Part shown: piece by piece, positions 13,696 through 25,800 of the stretch
How positions within the stretch are numbered: position 1 is the first letter of the stretch
Layout of the letters: the number at the start of each line of letters is the position of its first letter
Assembly (NCBI GenBank): GCA_002633005.1
Contig: NMRA01000028.1
Location: 1-64,000, forward strand
DNA from: Phoronis australis
Taxonomy: Eukaryota; Animalia; Phoronida
Direction: 5' to 3'
Length of the DNA stretch: 64,000 bases
Translations under genes and position numbers: made by a program
The notes under the pieces: generated by a model
What the model saw: the letters and a program-made list of their open reading frames with translations, nothing else
Told to the model about the DNA's origin: nothing
Databases searched by the model: none

Positions 13696-15766
13696 ACGCA
13701 ATTTTTGAGAGACTGTCCTGAAACCAGTTGTGAAACCGTGTATTTGAATAAGGACGTATTCCTAGAGTAGATTTTTCACTTCGCTTTTCCAAATAAAACA
13801 AGTGATTGATCGAGTTTTGATAGCTCAAATGAGTACACACATGTAGTCAAAACAGGTAACTGCCAGGATACTGATTTACAGCTGACCGGCACCATATCTT
13901 TGGCTCTGGTGTCATTCGTGTTAGTGGTCCTTCTGCACTTTTGGTACGCTGTAACTGCTCGCGACGTCAGGTGCCGTGGGTAAATGGTACATTAGTCAGT
14001 CAAAGTCCACAGACTATAGTTCGGCGACTTGCAAAGTCGCTAAAAATTGCACAATAAGAAGTGATCAACCTTATATGACCTGAATTGAAAACTTCAAGTG
14101 AGAATGAATGTGTACAGAGTTTATATGAAACTAAGGTATTCATGGGTCGCAAGGTTTGCCAGTCTAAAAATCCATAAATCTGAAGACTTATCCAGACAAT
14201 TACGAAAACCCACCGAAGGTTGTAAATTTGAACTTTCATGACACTAGTTTCCAAACAGTGATTTTGAGCGAAACGTTCAGGGATTTATTTGCACACGGCT
14301 GCTTGAAACTAGTTCTTCGAAGAGCCTGTGCCTCTCAAAACGGGACCCAAACATGAAGTTGGGCGATTCACTGAGTTGCTGTAGTTATTTACATGTTCGA
14401 AGTATGGTTTATCGTCGCCAAAATTTTGCTGCTTGGCTGTCGTTGTCTTTGAATCGCTGGTTTCTGGCATCATAGACCTTCGGACTAGTTTCGAACTAAC
14501 TAGTTTTTTCTTCATTCTGTCAGATTTGTTAACCTTCGGCCTTTTAATGCCTTTTTTATTCATTTGTGGTATTATGAGAGTTCGAACATGTGAACATTTG
14601 GAGTATTGAGCTGTACCCTATTTATACCAATACAGTATGACAAGCAAGCAACGTTAGATTACATAAACCCCCTGTTAGATTATCTTCTTAATTTTCGTCT
14701 TCCACCTTTCTTCGTCTTGGTTATTCGTGGGTTGCAGCTTGTCGTTTATGTATGGGTATGGCGTGCAAATAGACAAAAACGTGCAGTAATGAATTTACAG
14801 ACAATCGGCAAATCAACTATCGTTTTCAAGTTGACACTTCGAGATTAATTGAAAAATCTACCAAGGCAGTTATCGATCACGGGAACCATTGTTCTGATCC
14901 ATATGTTGGGGGTCATCCTGATGTGTTCCCGTTTTATGCATATCGGGATTCTACATATTATGATGTACGTGTCCCGGGTTCGGTATGACCAGTTTTCATT
15001 GCATCGGACGGAGTTCTATGTGTCCTGGTGTGGTAGCTGTGATTGTCCCCCTGCAGAGAATTTACTAGCTGCATGTATTTGAATGCCGGTGTACTGGCAC
15101 GTTAATCAGTGGATTAGCGCCGGATGCTTCATTCAAATACACGCAAGCCAGGGGGACAATGGCTACTTTCACACAGAGTTCTATGTGTCATTGGTCAGTG
15201 CTCGATGAGCCGACAAAATTAACCTACCCAAGTTCGCCGTTTGCAACCAAGCCGAAATGTCGAAAACTAAAGGCGCATTATCAAGAAGTGAGCTAGCATT
15301 CCAAAATTCCAGGGGGCATTGCTTTATCCTAGGAACCAGTAAGAGACTGGTTCCTAGCTTTATCTGACAACGACCAGAAACCAATGCAACTAAGGAGAAT
15401 GCATAAAAATAACACGTTACTTTATTACTTGTTGAGCTTATGCCCTAAATCAGGATCGAAAAGCACATGACAACTGTCATGTGGGCCTAAATGGCAAGCG
15501 TTGCTAAAACTTGCACACTCCGCGTCCGCTTAGTAGCGTCTGGACTATTACGCAAAACACCGGGACACAAAAACCCAGACAGATAGGATTCGGAGTCCAT
15601 AAAACGGGACGCATGTTAGGCCCCTAGTTAGTAAATGTATGTAAGTACAATGACAATTGTTAGTCGGGATTAGAAAGAGCGTTAAATTCAGCAAGTCAAG
15701 TAACAAACGTCTAGCGCAAGCTAATGATAATACATTTGATAGATGGATAGATATATCCATTTAATG

Positions 15767-15814
<48 letters not shown>

Positions 15815-15822
15815 GTAGTAGT
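15767..15822. repeat. (AAT)n/(AGT)n microsatellite
   Basis: About 15 AAT units followed by agtagtagt. Confidence 0.95.
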
Positions 15823-17200
15823 TCTAATAATATCACTTATTGTACATCGTAGGCTTTGCTTACTCATACAGAAATACATAAATTCAAATGCATATTCAGA
15901 GTATTTACACGGACAGCAGTTCTCCTTTTAAAGCCATAGTGTTCTCAGTGAATATCCATTTGAATAAATGTGCGTCATCACGACCCGAACACTAATGTAT
16001 GAGTATAACCCAAAGTACAACTACTGTAAAATACAGCCGACACTTAAAACATATACGTGTTACAACTACCTGTACACCAAACAATTGCCATAGGTGGAGA
16101 ACTGTAACAGCAATCAGCCAGACAAAAATGTAATTAATGACAGAAGTTACGCACCTGTATCGTCCTTCATGTATCGGGTAAGACATCATCTCCTCACGGT
16201 GCGCGCTTTCAAGGAAATGGCCGCAATCTGAAACAGCAGGCCGACACACTCAAAGGGAAACATTCAAGGGTCATGCTGTTACTTCTCAGGAGGGGTTATT
16301 GCGCTTTCCAATGAACTACGAGCGCACCAAGTAATCGAAGTGCAACAACCAGGTAACCACGTCATTACACAATCCAGATCAATAAACTCGCCTTTTAGAG
16401 ATACTGAATACCAAAAGAGTGTTCTCAATGGAAAATCGTGCCACATGACATCTTGCAGTGAATAAAAACGGGAGAGATCTTCGAGGGCATTGCATATGAA
16501 TGGAAACTTTCAAAAACTAAACCGCATGGGGGCTACGACGAAGTTAGATGCAGGTCGTCCGTCAGTCTTGATTCGTGAACAGAGCTTTGCCTTAGGGGTC
16601 ATGGTCTCTCAAACGGATAGGTCGGCGTTTTTTGTTTCCTGTCTGTCAACTTTCGATTCAGGAACTCGTATTGCTTTCCACTATCAGGCTCTGCCCGCCC
16701 GTGATTAACGCGAACCCTACCGGTCGTAGCTGAGAATATCCATAGCCAAAAGTGATATGTAAAGTGTTGCTATAAATCTGTCTAAATAGTAAAGTAAATT
16801 TGTACAACTGTATGCGCGAGTTTTATATTTAACCTATTAAAACGAGTTTTAAAAGCAAAATTAACATCAACAGACGTACGTGTACAACCTGGGAAGCTCA
16901 TTTATATTGAGAAGCAAATTGTTGAAGGCAGTGTATTCATATGTCTTCACACAGGTCATATGTTGGTCACATCACGTGAAGACGTGTCAAACATGTAAAT
17001 TGTTACTGTGGCACAATTAACTTTCTATGCAACTTACAAAAAAACAAATATCGAGTTTAACATTATGTAAAATTTGAGCATTTGTTTCAATACTACATTT
17101 GTCCAAGGTTTCATTACAGAGCACGTGTCGGATCGAGTCTACACAGTCACTTGTCTTTGAAAGTTTATCATTGGAGTTCATGGTGATTATTTAAAAACCT

Positions 17201-17503
17201 AATGACTTTGTAGAATGTATCCATTCTAGTAATGACGATGGTATTCTTCTATGTCAAAATGTTTCCGATGGGAAAGTTTTGTGATATGCTGACGATATGC
17301 CTTTGTGTACTTAATCTCCAGTTAAACTGCAAAAACTGCTGTGTGCTTTAAGTAATTTCTGCCAGGAATGGAGCGTGTCTGTAAATTTAGTGAAGACCAC
17401 AATTATGGTGTTTAGAAACGGAGGTCCCTACAAGTATCTTGATGTTGTGTTCACGCCAAAGTTATTGTGGACTATGGCTGCTCAGACCCTGTCAGCCCAA
17501 GCC
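17201..17503 (+). mobile_element. Decayed LINE (CR1/L2-type) reverse transcriptase fragment
   Basis: One frame reads NDFVEC...KVL*YADDMPLCT*SPVKLQKLLCALSNFCQEWSVSVNLVKTTIMVFRNGGPYKYLDVVFTPKLLW. YADD at 17285-17296, YKYL motif, two in-frame stops. Confidence 0.85.
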
Positions 17504-17574
17504 ACCTATAAACACAAACAATTGGCTAGCAAAGAAATAATATCAATAATACTATCAGACTAACGTACTAAGTA

Positions 17575-17613
17575 ATATATATACATATACATATACATGT
17601 ACATATACATATT

Positions 17614-17712
<99 letters not shown>
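17575..17712. repeat. Compound microsatellite (ATATAC)n-(AT)n-(GT)n-(GTATAT)n
   Basis: Directly visible; it explains the VCVCVC ORFs. Confidence 0.95.
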
Positions 17713-18214
17713 TGCCGGGACAGTAAATTCCGTTTCATCGCATACTTATACTATGTACTTGCATATCAATTCATTTTCTTCTGTTCACTGGGTAGCAACA
17801 ATCAAGATCTTCTAGATCCGTTCGTTTTGCTAATTCTTTTCAATACAACTGACAACAAATCATTGCTTGCAAGCCATGTTTGGGACGTGCTTGCAGTCGG
17901 GACCGCCTCTTCCTGGTGCTTATTTGTTTTAACACACATAATCTAAATCACTACATTTTTAGCCTTGTACCTTGTAAATAATCCCGAGGTCAAGTCAATT
18001 CAGTTCAACAGGGCAGGAAAGTCTTATTGATGTCACGTGAATAACTCATAATTTATTCAGGCATCATCTAATGCCACATCTCATATACATATATGGAACG
18101 AGGCAACGAAAAATAAGCATATTGACATGGGAGACGGAGCATCGAAAAAAGTGCGCCAATTCCTCATGCACCTGCATATATATGTACAACATGTGATGCT
18201 AGTATCTTGCCCCT

Positions 18215-18400
18215 GCGCAAGATCAAGGCGACCATTAACAGAAATACCAGCCCATAACATGATATTTCCTCCACCTTAGAGGTCAATGTGGTTCACCGTG
18301 CAGTCATGGTCAGAGCGCACAAGCGCTCATCCGCCAGATTTGCATTTGAAAATCGTAGACACACTTTTCACTTGTCCGTGAACAGAGCACTCACTGCTGG
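18215..18400 (-). mobile_element. Tc1-like transposase fragment
   Basis: The minus strand reads VLFTDK*KVCL (compare the Tc1 VLFxDESKF first catalytic D) and GGGNIMLWAGISVNGRLDL (compare GGGSVMVWAGI). Confidence 0.65.
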
Positions 18401-18769
18401 CGGTGACAAGATGCAAAAAGGCACGTCTTAAAGCTTTGTGACCATCTCGCGATTCATTTCGTTTTACTGGTTTTCTCGCCCTTTGCTAAGAAATGCTGGT
18501 AGTTATGATGTAACTGAGTTTTTCCGCTCTCAGTTTGGTAGATGACTGGAACCAGTTCCATAGGGTAGTAGTCACAATATAGCGGTTAGTCATGGATGAC
18601 CACTTTTTTTGCACAAAGAACTTGGCAAAGGGTTAAGAAGATACAGCCGCGGACGCAAAATCAAACAAAATTCTCACCAGAGGGCGTTAGATCTAACCCA
18701 GCCATCCAACGCCATGAGCTGCTCTCTCCCTATTAGGAACACAATGGACCTGCCAATTTTCCGGGCGTA

Positions 18770-19140
18770 ATGATTCTTTACATGGTTTGGCAGTTAGAAG
18801 GACGAATGCCAAAAATGACTCGAAAATTTAAAAAATATCCACTAGGTGGCGCAGAATCGTCAAGAGCTATCCGAAAATGGAAAAATGTCATCTCCTTAAT
18901 AGAAACCTTTTAGCCAAATTTCATAAAAACCCATCCAGTCCAAAGATACAGAGGCAACGGTGGAAAAAATCAAAATGGCCAACAGAGGTAGTCGGATAGC
19001 TCCGACATTTGTCGTCATCTGTCGTCAGCTTCATCGATCACTCTACATCTGCCAAGGAGATCCCGGTGAGTGCGGCGGGGTTTAGGACTAGCCTGCGGAC
19101 GCCGGATGACTCAGTGGCGAAGGCTCACGAGCAGAGATGA
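18770..19140 (-). mobile_element. Degenerate HINE-like fragment upstream of PCID2
   Basis: ccactaggtggcgc near 18839, aaatttcataaaaa, aaaatggccaacagagg, ggacgccgga. Confidence 0.5.
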
Positions 19141-19779
19141 CGGCGAAATAGAATAGAATAAAGTTTATTGTATATCGGATACAGGGTTACAACAACAAAC
19201 AGTTTCCAATAAAAAATATAACGAATGAACTAGATGTAGGCCTACTACAGCAGAAGAAATATTTGCAAAAAATGACATAATAATTAAATACAGGTTACAA
19301 CTTGGGGTTACAACTTGTATTATAGAAACAAAGTTTCCAAGACATGTACAATAAAGTATGACCTTACACAAATCACAGCAATTGCGCTCGCACAGGTTCT
19401 CAAATTGCTTCCAGGATAGTTTTTCAAAGTCCGGTGATTCCATTTTCGTTTCTCAGTGCTCGAAGAATCACATATCAATTAAAAGTGCGAAATTGGATTA
19501 GAAACTCATGCATAAACTATCGAGCACTGACTCGAGCACAGAATAATAATAATTAGTTACCTTGAGTTCGTACAAAAGTAGAGCGGAATGATGCCAAAAA
19601 TAATTTAGAGTTCGATTAGACTCCGGTCACTGTTGTTTTTTCATGGCACAGCAAAAATGAATTTGTTTTTAAAGGTCTCTTTCATAGAGAAGTTTCTCTA
19701 GTTTTCTTTGTTCTGTGTATGTGTTCTGTGCATGTAATCTGCCCATGCAGTCAACCACCAGGGAGCGCTACAGCACAAG

Positions 19780-19815
19780 ATGGCGCATATGAGTTTGAAC
19801 TCGTATCTACAACAG
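19780..19815 (+). CDS. PCID2: PCID2 coding exon 1 ([12 protein letters not shown])
   Basis: ATG in caagATGGcg context; donor gtacgt at 19816. Confidence 0.93.
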
Positions 19816-22800
19816 GTACGTACGGTAGTAGTTCAATGTTATCGTCTTCTTTTGTATGACCTCCAATAAACTTGCCAACGTCTTGTAATGTGTGGATAAC
19901 GCTTAGAAAATGCTTCTTAGACAAGCATGCCATTCCTAGCTGGCTCAACCGCCGAGCAGTGAACAACATTCAAGCTCACAGTCACAGTCACAGTCGCAGT
20001 CACACTCACAGTCGCAATATGTCTAGTATTAGACAGTGACCATTGTCTCTATCTTACTTAAGACGGTGTTTTAGTGTTCCTATAAGAGCTTCATACGCCG
20101 GAAGCTCTGTGGTGAATTATGCCTCACACTGATTAAAAGATCAAAGTCACGTTCTCAACTTTTGCGCATAGACACCTAGGCATGCATATAGGCCGTCGAT
20201 TTCTTTAATTCCTTCCAACTTGAACTAATACACCCGTTATCAAACTTTTTCTTTGAACAGTCCTTTGTTAAGTTCCCAAAATTGGGAACTGGCCATTTTT
20301 AACACTGCGCGCGGCAGATGGTATGGCCATATAACTATACGAGTCTCTGTGGTATGACATCATCATTCCCTGGCTAAGATCCTATTAATTTTGGACTGCA
20401 AATTTTTGTGAAGGACATTTACCACAGATCTCTTCGAAAAATGGGAAAAGGTCGTTTTTGGCCATTAGTACTCTTACCTCAGACTCAGTCAACCCACAAG
20501 TCAACTCATACCCAAGTTGTGTAATCACCATGGATATAAAATAAATGGTTTCACAGATTGAAGAAAGATAGTATCGTAATTGTTTACATATTACACTAAA
20601 AAACAATTGTCATTTCTCTATTTTTCAAAAGCAGATTTCCTCTAACTAAAAGTGAAGAATGGACAAACTATGCAATGTTTGTTTTTTATGAGAATTTAGA
20701 CAACATGTATTTTGACTTTTCTGACATTTTGTGTGCTAAATAGGTGAAGAATTACTCTAGTCTGTATGTTAAGTAGTTGGCTATATTCACATTACTGTTT
20801 TCAGATTGAAGATGCAATCAATGAAAAAGATGGAGTTAAGGCTGGTGTAAGTAGCTGCATTGGAATAGGAGACATTGGACGATCTTCTCAATACATATTT
20901 TTGTCATAAGCCGTTGTTCTGTGATACTGCCCCAGTTTGTCTTGAGCTTGTTTACCTTCTGTCCACCTCTCAGTTTGTTATGACCCAAGGTTCTTGCAAT
21001 CTACAACAGTTTGTTGTGATTCAAGACACTTGCTATCTACACCAGTTGTCAGAGCAAGTGTACCTTCAGTCTGTATCAGTTTCAGGGTGCTTGATCACCT
21101 GAGGGAAAAGGTGCCTGTGCCTTCTGAGATGGGATTTTTTTTGGTATGAGGGACAAAATCTTTCTCCCTGAATTTGTTATGAGCAAGTGTATCGTCTCCA
21201 TCAGGTTGTTATGACCAAGTATATTGTCAGTCTACCTCAATTTGTTGTCACCCACGCTACAGCAGTTTTCTTTTTCCAGGACCTTCTGTCCTTCAAACAC
21301 CCCCATGTTGCCAACCCCAGGCTACAACTGCAGAATCCCGAGGAACAGTGTGAAGAGTGGTTTGAGCCACCATGGGACGAGCTGATTGCTGGTCATATGA
21401 GGTGAACAGTGCTGTGAAACTTTCAATTCTGGGCATTTCTTTATTATACGCCCATTCTGAATATGCACTCAGTATTCATACATAAATAAAGTTCCTTAAA
21501 ATACAACCGGAGGGCCATGTGTTTGACTGGACATTAAAAGTTTCCCTAGTTTCACTAAACAAATGATTCCTGTCACATATTCTGCTGCGTATGAGCAGTA
21601 TTGAAATTTAAAGCAGTTTTTCGCCTGTTTGAAATATCCTTTAATATCTTTTTGTGAGCAAGTCATTGCCTTAGATGTTTCAACCAATGTAATCCAATTT
21701 ATTCCAGGGCCACTTGGGCTGTTGCCAACCATGATTTTGTTGAAGCATATGGTTGCCAGTCAGTAGTTGTGTCGGCCTTCTCGAAAGCGTTCTCATCTCA
21801 TAAAGAAGAAAACTGGGCCCTGCCAATACTGTTTGCAGTATGCTTAGACTTACGACTGTTTGCCAATAGTGTAAGTACTGTTATTTTTTTGTTTAATATC
21901 ATGAATAACAGGTTCTCCTAGGCATGCTTGTTGGAAAGCAGCTGTCAGACAATTCTACCCTGTGAGAGATATTTTGGTTTGGCAGAACTGAGTTTCTCTT
22001 ACAATTTATTATTGGTTGTAAGGCAATTACTTTGTTCTCATTATTTGCATGGAATCAAATTCTTGTTCCTGGTGTGTTGCTGTAACACCACAGTCTATGA
22101 ATATTGCTTTTTGAATGTCATGCAGAATAAATTGTACACTATGTGTAATGAGATAAAGAATGTTTGGCAATAATCATTTGGACACGTGTTTTGATTTGCA
22201 GGCTGAAATTCAGCTGTCCAAAAAAGGACGAAGTAAACAGGGTGAAATATTAGAAAAGGCAGCTGAAGCACTGATGGGTTGTTTCCGAGTGTGTGCAAGT
22301 GATAAGTATGCAAAAGTTTTATAGCAAATCGACCAATGATTCCTCACTGATAATATGTAAGAATCTGTTCATAATAGTCAATCAAGCAAACTTTATTGCA
22401 TTAGAGTCCAGAGGTTGAAGTTCAAATACAAACGCTGTAATGCTTAATTAATGGTCCCTGGTTCTTAAATCGTAACTAATGAACCACAACTCTCAAATTG
22501 CAACTAATAAACCACGACTCTCAAATTGTAACTAATGAACCACAACTCTCAAATTGTAACTAATGAACCACAACTCTCAAATTGTAACTAATGAACCACA
22601 ACTCTCAAATCGTAACTAATAAACCATGACTCTCAAATTGTAACTAATGAACCGCGACACTCAAATTGTAACTAATGAACCACAACTCTCAAATCGTAAC
22701 TAATAAACCATGACTCTCAAATTGTAACTAATGATCCACGACTCTCAAATTGTAACTAATGAACCACAACTCTCAAATTGCAACTAATAAACCACGACTC

Positions 22801-25800
22801 TCAAATTGTAACTAATGAACCACAACTCTCAAATTGTAACTAATGAACCACAACTCTCAAATTGCAACTAATAAACCACGACTCTCAAATTGCAACTAAT
22901 GATCCCTAGCTATCAAACTTTCTCATGCCTATGATCCATGTTTTTGTGCTCAGTTGTATATGATTCTCTATTTTAAATGTTGCATAGTGCGCTCAGATGC
23001 TAAGTTGTCCAAACTGGTCGCAGAACACATGTTTCAGCGAAGTTGTCCAACTGATTGTAGGACACATATTTTATACTAAGTTGTCCCAACTGATCACAAG
23101 ACACATATTCCTGCTATTAAGTTGTCCCAACTGATCATTGGACACATGGTTTCTAGTTTCTCTCTTCTTTCCAGTCGTGCAGCACCTGATGACTCCAAGA
23201 AGTGGGGGATGCTTAACTTAGTTAATCAGCTTTTCAAAATTTACTTCAAGGTAAGGACAGATCAATTTTTAGTACAGTGCTAGACAAAAAGTAATCATGG
23301 CAAAATACCATTTCCCGCCATGAATGATAATTATGTTAATAGCAAACTGTAACAACTATTGTGGCAGTAACATTCTTTCCTGTTAATTCCTGTACATTTC
23401 CGGCCATGAGGGAAGATTACTCTGACAATGAATTCAGCTTCCACTCAGCCATGATGACAGGGAATTCTGGGCCATTTTGTCTGAATTCTTTTGACATGTA
23501 CTGTCAGTAGTACTGAAAGTCAGAGTAGCTGTTCACTCTTTATCATGATGTTGGGTATTGGCCACTGATGTCAAACATGATCAAGAAACATAAGCTGGTA
23601 CAATGATTCAGAATAATTCGATAAAAGTGTGGTTAAAAATCCATCAAATAAATCTTGTGTAACTTGAAAATTTTAAGTTTTAAAGAAAAAGTGAGTTGCA
23701 CATTTCATACTGTTTTTGACAACTCCAACCTCAGAAAGTTCTTTAAAAGGACTGGGGGTACGTTTAGCTCTATGAAATTAAAAACCAAAAAATTAGATTA
23801 CACTGCCATCTTGTGGCCAAAACAGTGGAAGATATGAGTTCTTAATTAGTCTGCGAAAAGATTCATTTGGGCAGCTAGCCCAAGAAGAGATACTAGTGTT
23901 TGTTTGCTTAGAACAACCTAAAAAAATGTCCTTACAGTTCATACTCTTGTCTTATAGACAAACTCAATGTATGTCGCATTTTATGTAAGTTTGCTAAAGG
24001 GTACATTTAACTCTCTCATTTTTGTTAAATTTTACTGCCAATCTTTGACTTACCAAGCATCAAACTTTTGAAATAGCCATTCAAGTACTTATTGTAAACC
24101 CATAAAACATTGAAACAATTATTGTTGGTGATGACAGAATCTCATAAGTGTTCGTGAACATTAATCCCCTGGTGTTTGTTATCATGTGTCCAGGTATTTT
24201 CTAAAAAACTGTTCTCTGATTGAGACTTTAGAGCCCTAAAACACACTGTCCAAAATGAAGACGTCAACATTCATTGCGAAAAGAAAGTCTTTTTTTTACT
24301 TCCCAATTCTCTGGCTCTTAACAGAACCTGCCAGGCAAGTTAATGGTTAAGAAATTAATAGAATTAAGAATTTGCAAGTTTTGTACGAAAAAAATATGTT
24401 CGTGAAAATAATGGTTATCTCCTTGAAAATAAATATAGATTATTACATGGCGAAGTCGTTATCCCCCGTTATCTAGAGCCCGAGTGGATTTTGGAGAATT
24501 ATCGCCCGAGGGGCGTTAGCCCCGAGGGTGATAATTCTCCAAAATCCACGAGGGCTCTAGATAAGTGGGATAACGGCTGAGAACATGTAATAATCTATTT
24601 ATACCACATACTAAACGAGAAACATTGCAATGAATCGATCTACCTTTTCTGACTCTCCACGGCTTTGTAACTACTTTCTATGTCAGAGGCCCGGAGTCGG
24701 AGGTCGTGACCTTTTAAGAAAAGCTGGGCTATTTTTGTCAAATAATGCTTTTACTCAAAACCAATTGAAAACTTAAATATAATAGAAATAAACTGAATTT
24801 ATAAATTAACGTTTACCAACTATTATAGCTTAAAACACGATTTTTTCACGCTAAGCTTCGACCGGGAAATTATCGTCTGCTAAAGTAGGTTACCACTGGT
24901 AACTGAATATAATTCTCAAGCCAAAGATCCTGACGACACGATACCCGCATTCAAACTGGAGATCGGTGATTTACAAGTAAGAGGACATGAGAGAAATATT
25001 TCATTGAATTAAGATGTCATTTTTATGGAAATTATGTGTCTTATTTTCCGTAGCGTATACGTACAGTACAATGCGGTTTGTTGAACGTGCGATTATTGCG
25101 CGTGCTCATTTAAGTATTCTATTTTCACATTTGATGACGTCAGCTGCTGCGTGGTGTAGTGGTTAAGGTCGGCGACTAGCAAACTCAAGGTCCCGGGTTC
25201 GACTCCGTCCTCGGTTTCCCGCCAAATCGTTATCTCACTAGTGAGATAACTTTATGGGTTATTACACGGTTGTATCTGCCATTTGACGCCAATATTGTGG
25301 TATAATGCTTTTTATGTGCCCACATATTCATATGTGGACGCATTATGCCGTCATCTCCGTCCGTCCGACGTCCGGCGTCCGCTGCTCTATCTCTAAAACC
25401 CTTTGACTTGCGTTCATGAAATTTGGCTCACATGTTCCGTTCATAAATGGGACGGCATTAGCGAACTTTCAGACAGATCTGACTACCGGTGTGCCCCCTA
25501 GTGGCAATTTTAGTTTTTTATGCTTACCTTTGTATCTTCAAAAGTCCTGAATGGATTTTCATGAAATTCGGTATGTAGGCACCTATTAGTGAAATGACGC
25601 TTTCCCTCCGTTTTCGGATGGATTCGACGTAGTTTGCGCCACCTAGTGGCCATTTTTACTGTTTTCGATTCTGTTTTGCGTCCACCCCTCTATCAACCAA
25701 ACCGCTCAAAGGATGATTGTGAAAATTGGCATATATGTGCTTACTATGAAGAGGACGGTTGACGATGATTTTCCGACGATTTCAATTACTGTGGTGCCTC

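Larger units (their letters stand above)
1545..16220. repeat. Degenerate tandem array of a ~2-2.2 kb unit, about 7 complete or partial copies, interrupted by later insertions
   Basis: The anchor g(t/a)gcgtcatc recurs at 2275, 4397, 6192, 7140, 9166, 12151 and 15970. Other blocks (gaggaattcaaataacaccattcagc; gggattagaaagagc; atgtatcgggtaagac; atggtatactagtcagccaaagtcc) recur in the same order. Confidence 0.88.

Noticed and set aside
15743-17946. Poly-Ile and poly-(VC) ORFs
   Set aside because: Microsatellite artefacts.
22474-22905. 28-bp repeats resembling a CRISPR array
   Set aside because: The units are contiguous with no unique spacers and lie in a eukaryotic intron; this is an ordinary minisatellite.
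23451-23517. Box C/D snoRNA candidate (ATGATGA...CTGA) in PCID2 intron 6
   Set aside because: No terminal stem, and the segment matches an interspersed repeat found inverted at 29649-29690.
25146-25214. Functional tRNA-Ala(AGC)
   Set aside because: The anticodon and acceptor stems do not pair properly; treated as a tRNA-derived repeat.
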